Assembly (NCBI RefSeq): GCF_006345805.1 | Contig: NC_042999.1 | Span: 153,140,001-153,204,000, forward strand | Direction: 5' to 3' | Length of the DNA stretch: 64,000 nt | DNA from: Octopus sinensis | Taxonomy: Eukaryota | Part shown: positions 23,521 through 37,190 of the stretch, piece after piece | Layout of the letters: each line of letters begins with the position of its first letter | Position numbering within the stretch: the first letter of the stretch is position 1 | Notes under the pieces: model-generated | What the model saw: only the letters and a program-made list of their open reading frames with translations | Told to the model about the DNA's origin: nothing | Database searches by the model: none | Translations under genes and position numbers: made by a program

Positions 23521-25014
23521 AATTATTTACTTATTTTGTAAGCAGCTATTAGTTAACCCCGACTGTTTGGCCCCTTTCCAAATCCTGTCTTCATACTATG
23601 GCACCTGAAGCTTTGTTTCAGCTTTACGATTGTCAAAAGTAATTTGAAATGGTCTGAAAAGCGAGAGTAAAATCGTTGTTGTTTAGTTTCTAGTTAGCCC
23701 TTAATCAAGCAAACCTATGTTTCAAGGTGTCCCGATTGTGAAAGGTAATTTGAGGGAGATTTGGTAGCTATTTCTAGAGTGTCTGTTTACTTTATAGAAC
23801 ACTTGTTGATTTCCATTGGAATGTGGCACAAATGAATCGAAAAACAACCCATTTAAAAATCTTAACACGCCCGTTTATGCTGTGATTCCGGCAAGGGTAC
23901 GATAGAATTTCGCTTGATATTTTCAGTTCACCTGACTAAAAGTTCAGCTTAACACACCGATGTCACAATAGTCTGTTTGGCTAAGGAAAGACATCTGGTG
24001 ATCTTTGACAAAGACAACGTTCTCCCCTTTTATCTGTGTATGGCAGAATGTGTGTCTGTGTGTTTCACAAATAATCTGTCACTAAGCCGTCAGCGTTCCA
24101 TTTTGCTCCGATATTTCCTGTAATGGCTACTTCCTTGATGGGTTTTTCCTTTCACCTCTCTCCGTTTCCATTTTGTTGTTGAAATATTTCTTGTTAAAAT
24201 ATTTCCAGTGTTTTCCTGATGAAATCGCTTTAATCTATTTCTGTTTACCGTTATTGTCTCAATAATTTGTTTGTTGTTAGTGTTTCCCCTCGGCATCAAT
24301 AACCTCCCACAGATTCCACAGAGTTAGTAACATCCTCCAATCTCAGGTGTTGGTATATTAAGCACCACCAGCCGTCTCTTTACTTCAACAAACATAACAT
24401 TCCAAACACAAACCACTTATACTTTATAATAGACTTTCCCCAATTTTACGTCGTATTTACGAGATATTTACCCCCCCCCCCTTTTAAAATTTTATAACTT
24501 GAAAGTAAAGACGGCATCGATAATAGGAGACTGTAGAACTTCAATCGAATGAAGAATTGCGCAAATATTGAAGATCTCTGACCATGGAAATGTTATGCAA
24601 CCTGTCACTTGTATTTTATGAAATTCTTGGTGGTGAAATGCCAATCTACCCAAATCAATGAACATTTCACCTATTGACATTTAAATCTGATGGCAATTGT
24701 TGCCAGTACGGTTAAATAAATAATAAAATAATAATAATAATAATAACAACGACGCTAGATTTTAAATTAACTTCACCGCTACATAAAATTTCATGGCACT
24801 CTCTTCAAGAAACATTTAATTCTGCGCTGTTTCCGTTTATTCCATGGTGTAAATGAGCTAAAATAGTGTGAACCACAAATTGAAACCATGTCGTGGAATC
24901 CCCATTTTCTCTAGATTACTGGACATATCTCCCTCACTCTAACCCTCTCTTGGAATTATTGAGAAGAGATCGTAGTTTCAAGCTACTAATCGAAGGGTTG
25001 TCGAGAAATTCAAA

Positions 25015-25280
25015 CTTCTGGGGTCGTTCTAATCGACTGGCACCCTCCCCCAAAATTTAGGGCTTTGTGCCTAGAGTAGAAAAGAATCGTTAGCACGCTG
25101 GGCAAAATGCTTAGCGGCATTTCGTCTGTCTCCATGTTCTGAGTTCCAATTTCACCTAGGTCGACTTTACCTTTTATCCTTTCGGGGTCGATAAAATAAG
25201 TATCAACTGAGCTCTGGTGTCGATGTAATCGACTTACCGCCTCCCCGAAAGTGCTGGCCTTGTACTACAATTTGAAACCA
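25015..25280 (+). mobile_element. SINE family B fragments in tandem
   Basis: A tail followed by a second head/core/tail. Confidence 0.7.
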
Positions 25281-25619
25281 GTATATCTTGGTAAGAGTCG
25301 AGTTTCTTGCCTGAGGTACTGTGCTGATCCTGTTCCTGTTTCCAAGGTATCCAGCTGTAAGTTAAGTACCAAGACGATCAGGTCATTCACTGTCTCTCAC
25401 AACAATTGACCTAATTCTCCACCCACCCCTTTAGGGGCTGGAGGAATATAAGAAGGTAAAATGGAAAAAAAAGACGGAAAGTATTTGGCGGTGGGAGGGA
25501 GAGAGGAAATCATTTATTATTAGATTTTTTTTATTTGTGCGTGCGCACAACACGCACTTATTTACAGAACGAAAATATTATACGGAGAATAAAAGTAGTT
25601 AATGCTATAATATGAAATG

Positions 25620-25805
25620 TGTGTGTGTGTGTGTGTGTATGTGTGTGTGTAACAGTAACTTAGCAGTTCGGCAAAAGAGCGCGATAGAATAAATAGCAGG
25701 CTTTAAAAATTAACTACTGGAGTAGATTCATTCGACTAAAAAAGACTAAAAGAAGTGTCCCAGCATGGTCGCTGCCCAATGACTGAAACCAGTGAAAGAG
25801 AAGAG
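25620..25805 (+). mobile_element. SINE family A tail, diverged
   Basis: GTAACTTAGCAGTTCGGCAAAAGAG..CCAGCATGG..AATGACTGAAAC. Confidence 0.65.
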
Positions 25806-25944
25806 ACATATACACTCGTTGTGTGTGTCTATTCGCATGTTCTTTTTTATTTGTTTATTTCTATAGTTACTAATTGCGTTATAGTTGTTGGTTGTTATTT
25901 TATATTTATAATGTTTAATTGACCACCACCCTCGAGTAATTGGA

Positions 25945-25978
<34 letters not shown>

Positions 25979-26434
25979 TTCAAAGTTAACAAGAATCCCG
26001 TCAGAAATGCTATTTGTCTCACAAGGGATTTCTCTTTCGCATAAATTCTTGCATATTCTTTTACAGCCCCTCCCCCATCTTCCTCCATCCTCTTTCTCCA
26101 TCTCTGCATTGGATCCAATTGAAAGTTCATTATTTCTAATTAATAAGGCAGTAAGTTGGAAGCCATTAAGCAAGTCGGACAAAATATTTGACAGCATATC
26201 TTCCGGCCCTTTCTGTTCTGATTTCAAATTTCACCGATGTGGGTTTTACTTTCCACCCTTTTTTGGGGTGCTTAATAGACCTTAGTACCACACAATCACA
26301 CAAGTGCTGAGGTCGATTTATCCGTCCCTTAAAATTGTTGGTCTTGTGTATCAAAATATGAAGTCATTATTTCTCATTAATTATTAATCCTGAGAAACAC
26401 CCAAGTACCTCAATTTCAATATACTAATTACTTC

Positions 26435-26690
26435 AGTCTACTGGAGGGATAAAGGTAGACTGAGGTATTTTTGCCTCTTCGCTGAAACAGCTGTAAGATA
26501 TTATCGCAATTTCTATGCCTGTATGTTATATATTTTAATAATTACCGATATCTATATATATTATATATGTAAAGCATAATATGTTATACATGTATGTATA
26601 TTGTTATAATTGTCCTTTTAGTAAATAAATAGACATAATATAATGTCTAAAAGTTGATGAATACCACCTATTGATCCCCTCCATTTGCTA
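26435..26690 (+). mobile_element. Penelope-like pLTR relic with degenerate hammerhead (26435-26500)
   Basis: GTCTA-CTGGAGG..GAAAC-AGCT-GTA-AGAT. The downstream part matches 49395-49550. Confidence 0.4.
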
Positions 26691-26699
26691 TATATATAT

Positions 26700-26731
<32 letters not shown>

Positions 26732-27880
26732 CACTTTTATTCTTTTACTTGTTTGTGTATTTTTGCGTATTTTTAATATTAAATATTTATATTTTTATAT
26801 ACTTGTGTTTTAATACTATATTATCTGGAACTTTATATTGATTGATTAATGTCGAAGGGAAGTACACATATATATTGAATATTCTATTGGATAATAGGTC
26901 ATGTTCCTCTAGTTTTCCGCTGGTATTGCCTCCATTGAAATTATATATATATATAATTATAATAATAAGGGTTTTTTGCAACAAGTTGCTTAAGCCACAT
27001 ACCGAAAATTTTAGAAATAGCAGCCAAAAGACTACTATTTCCTTTTACTACAAAAATAAGTCTCCACAGACAACAATATTTGTAACCCACATATGGCAAA
27101 AAAAAAAGAAGAAAAATAATGAAATCACACTCTTTGGTCAATTATGGACGTACGTTTCTGGATTAGAATCGTAATGTTCGTTTCCTTTATCAACATAATA
27201 TTTCTCATAAATCTAGAAATATATATATAGATAAAAATAAAGCGTTGTTTAAGATTAGATCTGGTTAGACAAAATTTCAATCAATCCTGGGCCGTTTTAA
27301 GGTTTTCAATTCGACCACTTCCTTGTGGCCAAGTCTAATGCACAGAACCACCCTCCTCATCACCACCACCCAAACGTCTTCGCCTTTCAGTTTTGACCAC
27401 TGTGTTCCAGATGCATTGTTTGTATTTTACGCGCGTGCCTTCTTTATAGGTTTGTGTTAAGTCTTGAAATATGCACTCAGGTTTACAGGCAACACACATA
27501 CACACACACACGCACACACACACATCACGTACACTCGTGCAACACGCATACACGCACGATATCAAAGGCGGGAAATTGATCGTAAATTGAAAAGCAGCCA
27601 AAACCTATTGAAGCTAAACAGTTAATAATTTGTACGTTGTGAGTCGGTATGGAGAGGCATGAGGCAAGCATTTTCTCTATAGCCTTTGCTGTATAAATAG
27701 GTTGTTGTCACTGTGGCTGTTAGTTGTCGCCGCTGTCATAACCACTACCATCATCATCATCACCACCACCTCTATACCGAACACCGTTTTCGATATTACT
27801 TCGTATTCTTAAAGCGCGCAAGTTAAACATTTATTAATCAATAAATACTTTTGAAATGTCTGTCTGTAAAAAGAAACGTT

Positions 27881-28284
27881 AGGCGCAGGAGTGGCTGTGT
27901 GGTAAGTAGCTTGCTAACTAGCCACATGGTTCCGGGTTCAGTCCCACTGCGTGGCATCTTGGGCAAGTGTCTTCTGCTATAGCCCCGGGCCGACCAATGC
28001 CTTGTGAGTGGATTTGCAAGACGGAAACTGAAAGAAGCCTGTCGTATATATGTATATATATGTATGGGTGTGTGTGTATATGTTTGTGTTTGTCCCCCTA
28101 GCATTGCTTGACAACCAATGCTGGTGTGTTTACGTCCCCGTCACTTAGCGGTTCGGCAAAAGAGACTGATAGAATAAGTACTGGGCTTACAAAGAATAAG
28201 TCCCGAGGTCGATTTTGCTCGACTAAAGGCGGTGCTCCAGCATGGCCGCAGTCAAATGACTGAAACAAGTAAAAGAGTAAAGAG
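27881..28284 (+). mobile_element. SINE family A, full length
   Basis: Complete head, core, microsatellite and tail. Confidence 0.9.
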
Positions 28285-28371
28285 TTAGTTTCCCTTACCA
28301 TCTACTACTACCATCTTTTCATACCCGAACCCGTTGCTATGCTGGTATATTTTCACCATTATTATAACCCC

Positions 28372-28640
28372 GTTTTCTTTATTGCCCACAAGGGGCTAAA
28401 CGTAGAGGGGACTAACAAGGACAGACAAACGGATTACATCGACCTCAGTGCGTAACTGGTACTTAATTTATCGACCCCGAAAGGATGACAGGCAAAGTCG
28501 ACCTCGGCGGAATTTGAACGACAGACGAGATACCTATTTCTTTATTACCCATAAGGGGCTAAACACAGAGAGGACAAACAAGGACAAACAGATTAAATCG
28601 ATTATATCGACCCCAGTGCGTAACTGGTACTTATTTAATC
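28372..28640 (-). mobile_element. SINE family B, partial dimer
   Basis: Two reverse tail/core modules. Confidence 0.75.
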
Positions 28641-28928
28641 GTGGCAACTTGGGCAAGTGTCTTCTACCTCTAGCCTCGGGCCGACCAAAGCCTTGTGAGT
28701 GGATTATGTGTGTGTCTGTGTTTGTTCGCCACCACCACTGCCACTATTGCTTGACAACCAATGTTGGTGTGTTTACGTCCCCGAAAATTAACAGTTCTGC
28801 AAAAATAAAGAAAAGACCAATAGAATAAGTATTAGGCTTACAAAAAGTATATGCTAGTGTCCATTTGTTCGACTAAAGGCGGTGCTCCATCATGGTCGCA
28901 GTCAAATGACTGAAACAAGTAAAAGAAT
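28641..28928 (+). mobile_element. SINE family A, 5'-truncated
   Basis: Core plus tail. Confidence 0.75.
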
Positions 28929-29074
28929 AAAAAAAAATGTGTAGATGCTTTATATTGGAATTCACGTTTTGCTTGGCCGACCTCGACTCGATCTTGGTTA
29001 ACCTGAGAAACTGCTGCTGCTACTACAACTATCACCATGACTGCTATCATTAATAACGGTTTCAAGTTTGGGCA

Positions 29075-29400
29075 CAAGGTCAGCAATTGGGAGTAAATCA
29101 ATCGTATCGACCCCAGTGGTCGACTGGTACTTATTTTATCGTTTCTGGACTGGTTGAAAAAGAAAGTCGACCGTGGCGGTATTTGAACTTAGAACATGCC
29201 GGACAAAATGCCCAGCGGCATTTCGTACGCCTTTACGTTGCGAGTTCAAATACCGTCGGGGTCGTCTTTGCCTTTTATCTTTCGTGGGTCGATAAAATAA
29301 TTACCAGTCGTGTAATGGAGTCGATGTAATCGAATCCCCTCCCCCCCCCATTCCTCACTGCGCCGAACTTTGCTGGCCTTGTGTCAAAATTTGAAACCAA
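29075..29400. mobile_element. Back-to-back (minus then plus) SINE family B pair
   Basis: Reverse core at 29075-29200 and forward core at 29235-29400. Confidence 0.65.
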
Positions 29401-29497
29401 TAAACCGCGCATTAGTGTTGACAAATCAAATACCAATTGTAAAACAATCCATTGCTCTCACCATCATCACAATTACTCCCCTCTCACTCCTCCTCCT

Positions 29498-29530
<33 letters not shown>

Positions 29531-30139
29531 TAAAATCAACCAATCAACCAGTCAGCTCATTCGTTCTTTTGTCTGAAAATAACAATCGCTGACGCACGAT
29601 ACGCCGAAGGGTTTCCTTCATACAGACATTCCTACAATAATTAAGTTAACTTTCTTAAGACATTTTTGCCAATCAAATCATTCCGCACCTGTTTCTCTTC
29701 CACCATCGTTTTTATCTCACCGCCACCACGTTCGCATTTTGATCTCCTCTCGTTCTGTGATAAAATAGCTTTTTTTTTTCTTCTTTTTCTTTTTTCTTTT
29801 TTTTGAAAGAAAAACAAAAAAATTTAGTGTTTGTTTTGTCTTTACGTTTCTCAATTACTTGGCCTTTTCTTACCTTGTTAAAACAAGTATACGTATGTCG
29901 TCACATTCACCTCTCGTTAATTTTCTCTATGCTCTCCTGTCATTGGACTGATCAGAGCGTTATGGGTTCACCTTCTTCAAGTAAGATTCTTAACTGCACA
30001 ACTACGTCTGCGAGTTGTACGAAGTGTGCGTAGGCAGAGATGTATACTGCACTGGTGAGTTGGTTGTATGGATTACATTTATAGAACGATGTCGTTACTT
30101 TAATTATCGAATACAGAAAACATATGTAAGAAATGTAAT

Positions 30140-30745
30140 AATGGGACGTTTAGCAGCATTTCGGCCGTTCTAAAGATCTGAGTTCAAATTCCGCCGAGGC
30201 CGACTTTGCCGTTCATCCTTTTGAGGTCGATAAAATAAGTACCAGTTGAGCATTGGGGTAGACGTATTCGTCTAGACCCCTTCCTCGAACTTGCTCGCTT
30301 TTGGCTAATATTTAGCTAACTTGTCAAGTTAGCATTGTTGAAAGATATTGCAAAGATTGCCGTAAGGCGTCGAGCTGGAAGAAACGTTAGCACACCGGGC
30401 GAAATGCTGAGCGGTATTTCGTCTGCCGCTACGTTCTGAGTTCAAATTCCACCGAAGTCGACTTTGCCTTTCATCCTTTCGGGGTCGATAAATTAAGTAC
30501 CAGTTACGCACTGGGGTCGATGTAATCGGCTTAATCCGTTTGTCCTCTCTGTGTTTAGCCCCTTGTGGGCAGTAAAGAAATAGGTATTTCGGTTGTCTTT
30601 ATGTTCTGAGTTCAAATTTCGCCGAGATCGACTTTGCCTTTCATCCTTTCGGGGTCGTTAAATTAAGTACCAGTTGCGTACTGGGGTCGATCTAATCGAC
30701 TGGCTTCCTTCCCCAAAAATTTCGAGCCTTGTGTCTAGAGCAGAA
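30140..30745 (+). mobile_element. SINE family B cluster: diverged copy plus dimeric copy (30364-30745)
   Basis: Three consecutive plus-strand cores. Confidence 0.8.
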
Positions 30746-31628
30746 AATATTTACAAAGATTGTACATACACACAGGAACATTATGTATGAATGGATATAT
30801 ATATATATATGTATGAAAGCTGCACCAGCAAAAATGCCGAGTGTGTGCGATCGGTGACTTACGGAAAAAAAAAAAATTCTTCCCCTTTCCCTCTCCAACG
30901 TCGTCACTAACATTTCAAGCGCGGCAGATGTCCCGCCATTCGACGACGGCGGCGGCTAAGACTTAATGTCAATGGACGGTCATAGCAACACGTGGTTATT
31001 GCTCCCTTTCATTACACCTCCACTCCCTATCAACCCTCGTCTTCCCCTCTGATTCTCTCTCACAATTGTTCTCTCCTTTTCTTCTTTTATACTGTTATCA
31101 TATTATTTTCCTAACACACCGTCTTCCCGCCAGTCCGCTTCTTCGTTCGATCGATAGATATTATATTCTTCTTACAGACACCGCTTGCTCACTCACTCAC
31201 ACACACACACACACACATCTATCTATCTATATATTTGTATATACTACACATTATCCAGTGCATTCCCGCAAACTCGACAGAAAAACAAAGCAAAACAAAA
31301 AAAAAATAGAATTAAACAATATTATTGGTTAACATCCAGTCAAAAGAGCGCTTACAGTTTATCCCTCGTTTTCCTGTCTGTCCGCCCGTCCGACCGCCCG
31401 CCCGTCTGTCTGCCTGTCTGTCTCTTCCCCCATCGCCTCACATTTTTCGCCGTATTCTCTCCGTAACACCCTTCCACAACCTTTTCTCCATCCTTCCCCC
31501 CCTCCACCATTATTCGTTCGTTAGAATGCTGTATGCGTTGCTTATTGCCTTGCATCAAGTCAATAAACTGGCGAATACAATTAAGCGGAAAATACAACAC
31601 ACACACACTGAAGGAATGTATGTATGTT

Positions 31629-31687
<59 letters not shown>

Positions 31688-32127
31688 ATGAGAGAAAGAG
31701 ATAGAGGGAGATGCGTGTGTGTGTGTTTCTGCTTGCTTATTGCTAGCAGCGAATGATTGCCAGTACGAGAATGCATGCTTGCATGTATCGAATTGTGTTA
31801 ATGTAGCAAAGCTGTGCAGCGGAGACTGTTAGTGTGACAGAAAAGGCTGATCGATAACAGATAGCTAGTTGATTGGTCGCATTGACAGACTGTTTAGGGA
31901 AACGGTGGAGGTGGGGTCGGTGCCGGTGCAAGACCAGATTAACCATTAAACAAAAATTCTCGTGTTACTTAGGGCATCAAAGGAAATGAAAACCCCCACT
32001 TATTTTTTTTTTTTTTGGTTCCCTTTAACGGATTTACATTTCTGTAAATTCGTAAATATTATTTTCTAAATAAAATTCATAAAACGTTATTGAAAAATTT
32101 GCATTTTCCCTCCTGTTGCTCTCTCGT

Positions 32128-32250
32128 TCAGCGTTTCTCAACCGGGTTTCCCCTGGACCCTTAGGATTCCGCGAGGAAGACTGAAATAAGCCGATGCTAA
32201 TTTCGTGATCGTAATATTACTATACATGCACAACGTATTGTTGGTTATTG
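32128..32250 (+). mobile_element. hAT-like MITE 5' fragment
   Basis: CAGCGTTTCTCAACCGGG..GGACCCTTAGGATTCCGCGAG terminus. No matching right end was found. Confidence 0.45.
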
Positions 32251-32299
32251 TAATATAGATATCATCCTATCTAACTTACATTTGAAAAAAATATAACAA

Positions 32300-32421
32300 T
32301 CGTGTAATCAGCCGAAATTGCTAAGATGATCCGGTTCCCGACTGAAGAGGCTTCGTCTGCTTTTTTGTGTCGTCTCTTTGGGTGTTTTTGCGTTCTTGTC
32401 CCATTTTGTAATTTATATTTA

Positions 32422-32425
<4 letters not shown>
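32300..32425 (+). mobile_element. Repeat tail shared with 49582-49685 (probable PLE pLTR)
   Basis: ATGATCCGGTTC..GACTGA..GGCTTCG..TTGTGTCGTCT..CGTTCTTGTCCCA..TTGTA, followed by (TA)n. Confidence 0.5.
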
Positions 32426-32458
<33 letters not shown>

Positions 32459-33542
32459 GCGCAGGCACGCACGCATGCACACAAAGATATGTGCACCTTG
32501 CTTTAAGGAACGCTATTGTTATGATTGCGTTTTGATTGTTCTTCCTTCCATATTATTATGTCTTGTACAGTAATTAAAAAAATTAACTCTCGTCGTATTT
32601 GAATATAAATTAAAGTAAGGTAGTACTTCACTCCGCCGCCATTCACTTTATTTCCCTAAGCACCGTCTTCTGGACATAGCTGTCAAATCTATCCTAACAT
32701 CACACACAACTTGGAGAAAAAAAAAAGGGAAGCAAGATAAAAAATAGCAGTGGATAATGAATTCCCTGATATATACTATGAAGGGATGGTCAAAGCTGGA
32801 ACGCCTTTCAGATTTTTAAGATTCAGTAACAATTTTGAATGGTTTCTTTTCTTTTATTCAAAATTTTGTAACTAGCACATCCAGCGTGTACAGATATGTA
32901 TAAAGAGGTGTAGGCGAAGAATACATACGTACATTTATACATACGTATGTGAGCGTGCACACATCTACACATATATGTATATATATACATATACATAATA
33001 CGTATACACATATGTATATATAATATATACATATGAACAGTTTCAGCGTTATGTCATCCTGACCTTGTATTTGATTAGCTGCATTTGTTTATTGTGATAT
33101 ATTTATTTATATATTTGTATAACTGAACTTTTCTTTTGCCGAAATTTCTCGAGAATTAAAATTATATAAGTCTTGAAGCCTCGGTGCTGGGTGTTGTCGT
33201 GAACAAACAACTTCACGCCATCCACTACATACACCGTCATTCATACTCAGCAAAAAGCAGATAGTTTTTTTTCCAAACTGGTGTTCGGTTTCTTTTTCTT
33301 CTATCACTCTATCCTTTATTTGTTTACTTAATTTAATTAGTTAATCTTTCTATCTATCGACCCACGTTTCAGTTTTCGAAAATTTGCTTGCTCAAAGTAG
33401 TAACCAGTTTCCTGTTAGTAAACCTTCAATGTTGGAGAATCTACGAAACGAAGAATTGAAGAAGACTTATCCGTTGTTAATAATGGGGGGTTTATTTGTC
33501 TGGTTTGATAAAAGGCGATTGAGTTAAAAGTAGAAACTGGGG

Positions 33543-33960
33543 GGATCTTTTCGGTTTGATCGGCAGTTTTTTAAAATAATTTCCACGTAACTAAACACTT
33601 TTAAACTTCGTATACTGGTAGAATGTGTTTATAAAACATCTTTTTCTCTTGGCTTTATTGAGAAAATTCTATAGTTTGTAAAGATATTTGTTGTTTTTGT
33701 TTTTTTCTTCAATTTCTGCAATTTCAACCAATCAATGACGTCTATTAAGGTAAAAAAAAACATTCTGTGCCGTATGAATATGTCCCTTGTTTAAGAAACA
33801 GATTTGGTCTATTTACATTTGTGAAGAAAAAAAAGATACCCTTCCCCCCACCCCTAACCCTAAAACAGATTGAAATGCAATAGATCGTTACTAGGGTCAT
33901 AATAATGACAATTTCATATGACACCGCTAGAAAAAACTGCCGGTCAAACCGAAAAGATCC
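33543..33960. mobile_element. MITE with 30-bp terminal inverted repeats (superfamily unassigned)
   Basis: GGATCTTTTCGGTTTGATCGGCAGTTTTTT / AAAAAACTGCCGGTCAAACCGAAAAGATCC (1 mismatch). GAAACTGG at 33533-33540 and 33961-33968. Second copy at 43521-43937. Confidence 0.85.
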
Positions 33961-34924
33961 GAAACTGGAGTATGTCGATATACCGTGAGGAAGAAGCAAG
34001 TTTGCTTACGTCTTCACAGTAACATAAGAAAAATTTCCTTGGAACATGTCACAGTTTCGTACTTTTAAGGGATGAAGCTTGTGCTTATTTAAAAAATAAT
34101 ATAATATAAACCCCATTGTATCGACCCCTGTATATTTTCGGTACTTTAGTTATGTCTTCTGGATTTGAACTCAAGCGTGGCAGGACATGTGAATTTATAA
34201 CTTATAACAAATTTGAAAGTTGCAATATCAGAAAGATAAAACGAACTGGCGAAATGTAACGGGAGGTAACTCTGTCTCTGTGTAGAGCGTCGGATACTCA
34301 ACCGAGTCTCCTTTTTATGAATTCGAAATTTAGAACACATAAATTGTATGGAACTTTTAAAATTTATTTGGACTATTTGAAGTATTCATCAGATTATTTT
34401 CAAAGCATTTAGTTTTGATGTAGTTTTGCATATTGGTGACGTAAATCACATTTTGTTATTTCTAGAAATTAATAATAAAAAAACTATTCTGTTGTGTCTG
34501 GGGAGAGTCATTTTCTTTTTGTGCCTTATAATGTAACACAATCACCGGTAAAATTTCCACTTATTTCTTATTTTTATTTTCCTAAAATTTTCGTTGCGTC
34601 TTGCAACCTTTTCAATAGTCTTGAGTATTAATAAAAAAAGAGTATGTTATGAACATTTGAAGTTAGGTAATCAGAAACCTCTGATCTGGTGAAAATTTGA
34701 AATATTTTAAGTGATTTCGTGAATTTAACAAGATCCGGTTGTATAGTTTAGTAGAGAGGGTGGGAGCTTGCAATATGTAACTTTGAAATACCACATAAAT
34801 ATCTTTACGATGAGAGGAAAATGACTGTTGTTGTAGGATTTGTTGTGTCTTTTAATTCTTCCTAATTTTGTCACAAGACCAGACCAGACATTTTGGGGGA
34901 AAGGAGCAAATGGATTACAGTGAC

Positions 34925-35050
34925 TCATGTACTTGACTGGTACTTTATTTTATCGACCCCCAGAGGAATGAGAAGCAAAATTGACTTCGGCTGGGATTTG
35001 CACTTGGAACGCAAAGATCCGAAAGAAATAGTGCTGTGCGTTTGATCCGA
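34925..35050 (-). mobile_element. SINE family B, diverged
   Basis: Reverse core. Confidence 0.6.
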
Positions 35051-35053
35051 TAT

Positions 35054-35438
35054 ACTCTTTTACTTGTTTCAGTCATTTGACCGTGGCCATGCTGGAGCAC
35101 CGCCTTTAGTCGATCAACTCGACCCCAGGACTTATTGTTTGTAAGCCTAGTTCTTATTCTATCGGTCTCTTTTGCCGAACCGCTAAGTTACAGCGACGTA
35201 AACACACCAGCATCGGTTGTCAATCGATGTTTGGGGAACAAACACACACACACACACATACACATATATATATGACGGGCTTCTTTTAGTTTCCGTCTAC
35301 CAAATCCACCCACAAGGCTTTGGTCGGCCCGAGGCTATAGTAGAAGACACTTGCTCAAGGTGCCACGCAGTGGGATTGAACCCGGAACCATGTGGTTGGT
35401 AAACAAGCTACTTACCACACAGCCACTCCTGCGCCTAT
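35054..35438 (-). mobile_element. SINE family A, full length
   Basis: Complete reverse copy. Confidence 0.88.
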
Positions 35439-36683
35439 GCTAAAGATTCTATCAGTTTCTACAGGATTTTTATTCACACCTTAGCTTTTATTTTTTTTTC
35501 TATCTCCGTCCCAAAAGAATAAAAGGTTAAGTTAACCTCAGCGTGATTTGAACGCAGAACTTTAAAGGCCGTCATATTAATACCATATGCATTTTTTTAA
35601 AGCAAAATTTTACAAATCCACTTGTTCAGCGCCAGGTTTGGCGGTGCTCCAACATGGTCGCAGTCAAATGACTGAAACAGATAACAGAATATATGAGACA
35701 AAAGGGATGTAAAACGAAATGGTTTCACCAAGAATTCTTCGCAGAAAATTTTCAGAATGGAATTCGCAGAGAGAGACTTTACCCTTCACTCTTTCTTCCG
35801 CTATAAGTCTTATGATTGCTTACTTTCATGGCACTTCTATTAAAAAGTAGATTCGGCACTGTTGCATGCAGTTATCCAAATTAATTTCAAGATATTTACA
35901 ATATTTACAACATCCTTTCAGTTATCGAGATTCGAGAAAGAATTAAATAAAAAGATAAAAAAGAAAATTTCAATATCGCAAGACTTTGCTATTAGTTTCT
36001 CATGTTGAAAATGTTAAACATTGCACTATGTATGTACTGCCGTTAGCTGTACACACCACACTCGCTACCCTGTTACCTGTGTGCGTATATAATATTTGCA
36101 TCTATTTATATATACATACACACATACATGTATTGGTGCATACAGAACATTTCTGTTTTATTGCTTATCAAACCCATCTATTGATAAAGTAATTTTATTA
36201 AAATCTCATTTCGTAAGAAGAAATACACACACATGCACTCACACACGCGCGCGCTTGTATATTACGTTCGTGAATATACGCACACAAAATACATATTTTT
36301 ATAGATATGCATATATATTTGTTTATGCATGTTTGTCTGTGTGTGCATATACACATACATCGGAGCATATTTGCATGAATAAACAGAGACTAATATATAA
36401 ATTGATACACACTTGCATATTCCACACACACACATTTTTCCTTGTTATTCGTACACATTGAAAAAATATACATACATTATATACATACATACATACATAC
36501 ATACATAGAGTACATTTGTCTCGTCATAGTAGTGTACATGGGTGTATAACTAATTTAATTTAAAAGGAAAGAACGAAAAATATTGGAATTCCCGTGAAGA
36601 TTCTATGGCGATTCCTGCAGGCGTAGTTAGCTACGGAGTCATTATTCCAGATATATCACGTTGATGTGTTATTGGCACTTATG

Positions 36684-36715
<32 letters not shown>

Positions 36716-36889
36716 AATGGATATAGTCAGACAGACGGTACGGTATTTTATAGTGCTTCTTCTATAAATGGACCAAAGAACCAAGTGACATTTCCGTAGA
36801 CTGGTATTGCTTGGACAAATACCAATCGTGGTTCAAATATTCTTCTGTTTAAAACCGTTTCTTTTCTTGTTTTTTTTATCATTCTGTTG

Positions 36890-37160
36890 AAATGTTTTCT
36901 AATTTTGGTACGAGTCCAGCCATCTTACCAAGAGATACCTATTACATCGACCCCAGTACTCAACTGGTACTTATTTTATCGATCTCGAAAGGATTAAAGG
37001 CTAAGTCGGCCTCGGCTTTCATTTCTACTCAGAACATTAAGAAAATATCTTCCGGCTCTTTAATGTTTCAAGGTCAAATGTATTAGCAACCGACTTTGCC
37101 TTTCGTCCTGTCGGAGTTGATAAAATAAGAGTTGAGATTGTTGGTTTTGTTTCAAAATTA
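36890..37160. mobile_element. Back-to-back SINE family B fragments
   Basis: A reverse core followed by a forward core. Confidence 0.6.
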
Positions 37161-37190
37161 GAAAGAGTATTTATGTTGGAGAACGGTTTT

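Noticed and set aside
24090-24299. Minus-strand TVNRNRLKRFH resembling the gypsy integrase C-terminal motif
   Set aside because: A single short motif with no other LTR-element features nearby.
24492-24680. Plus-strand IAQILKISDHGNV resembling a mariner HTH
   Set aside because: Too short and stop-ridden to support.
27881-27960. SINE heads as tRNA genes
   Set aside because: They have A/B boxes but no complete cloverleaf, and they continue into SINE bodies.
29956-30054. Candidate exon (cag acceptor, CTG|GTGAGT donor)
   Set aside because: Splice-like motifs alone, with no recognisable peptide or compatible neighbouring exon.
32255-32330. ATCATC..GCCGAAATTGCTAAGATGAT possible hammerhead
   Set aside because: Stem I-like pairing is present but the CUGANGA core is missing.
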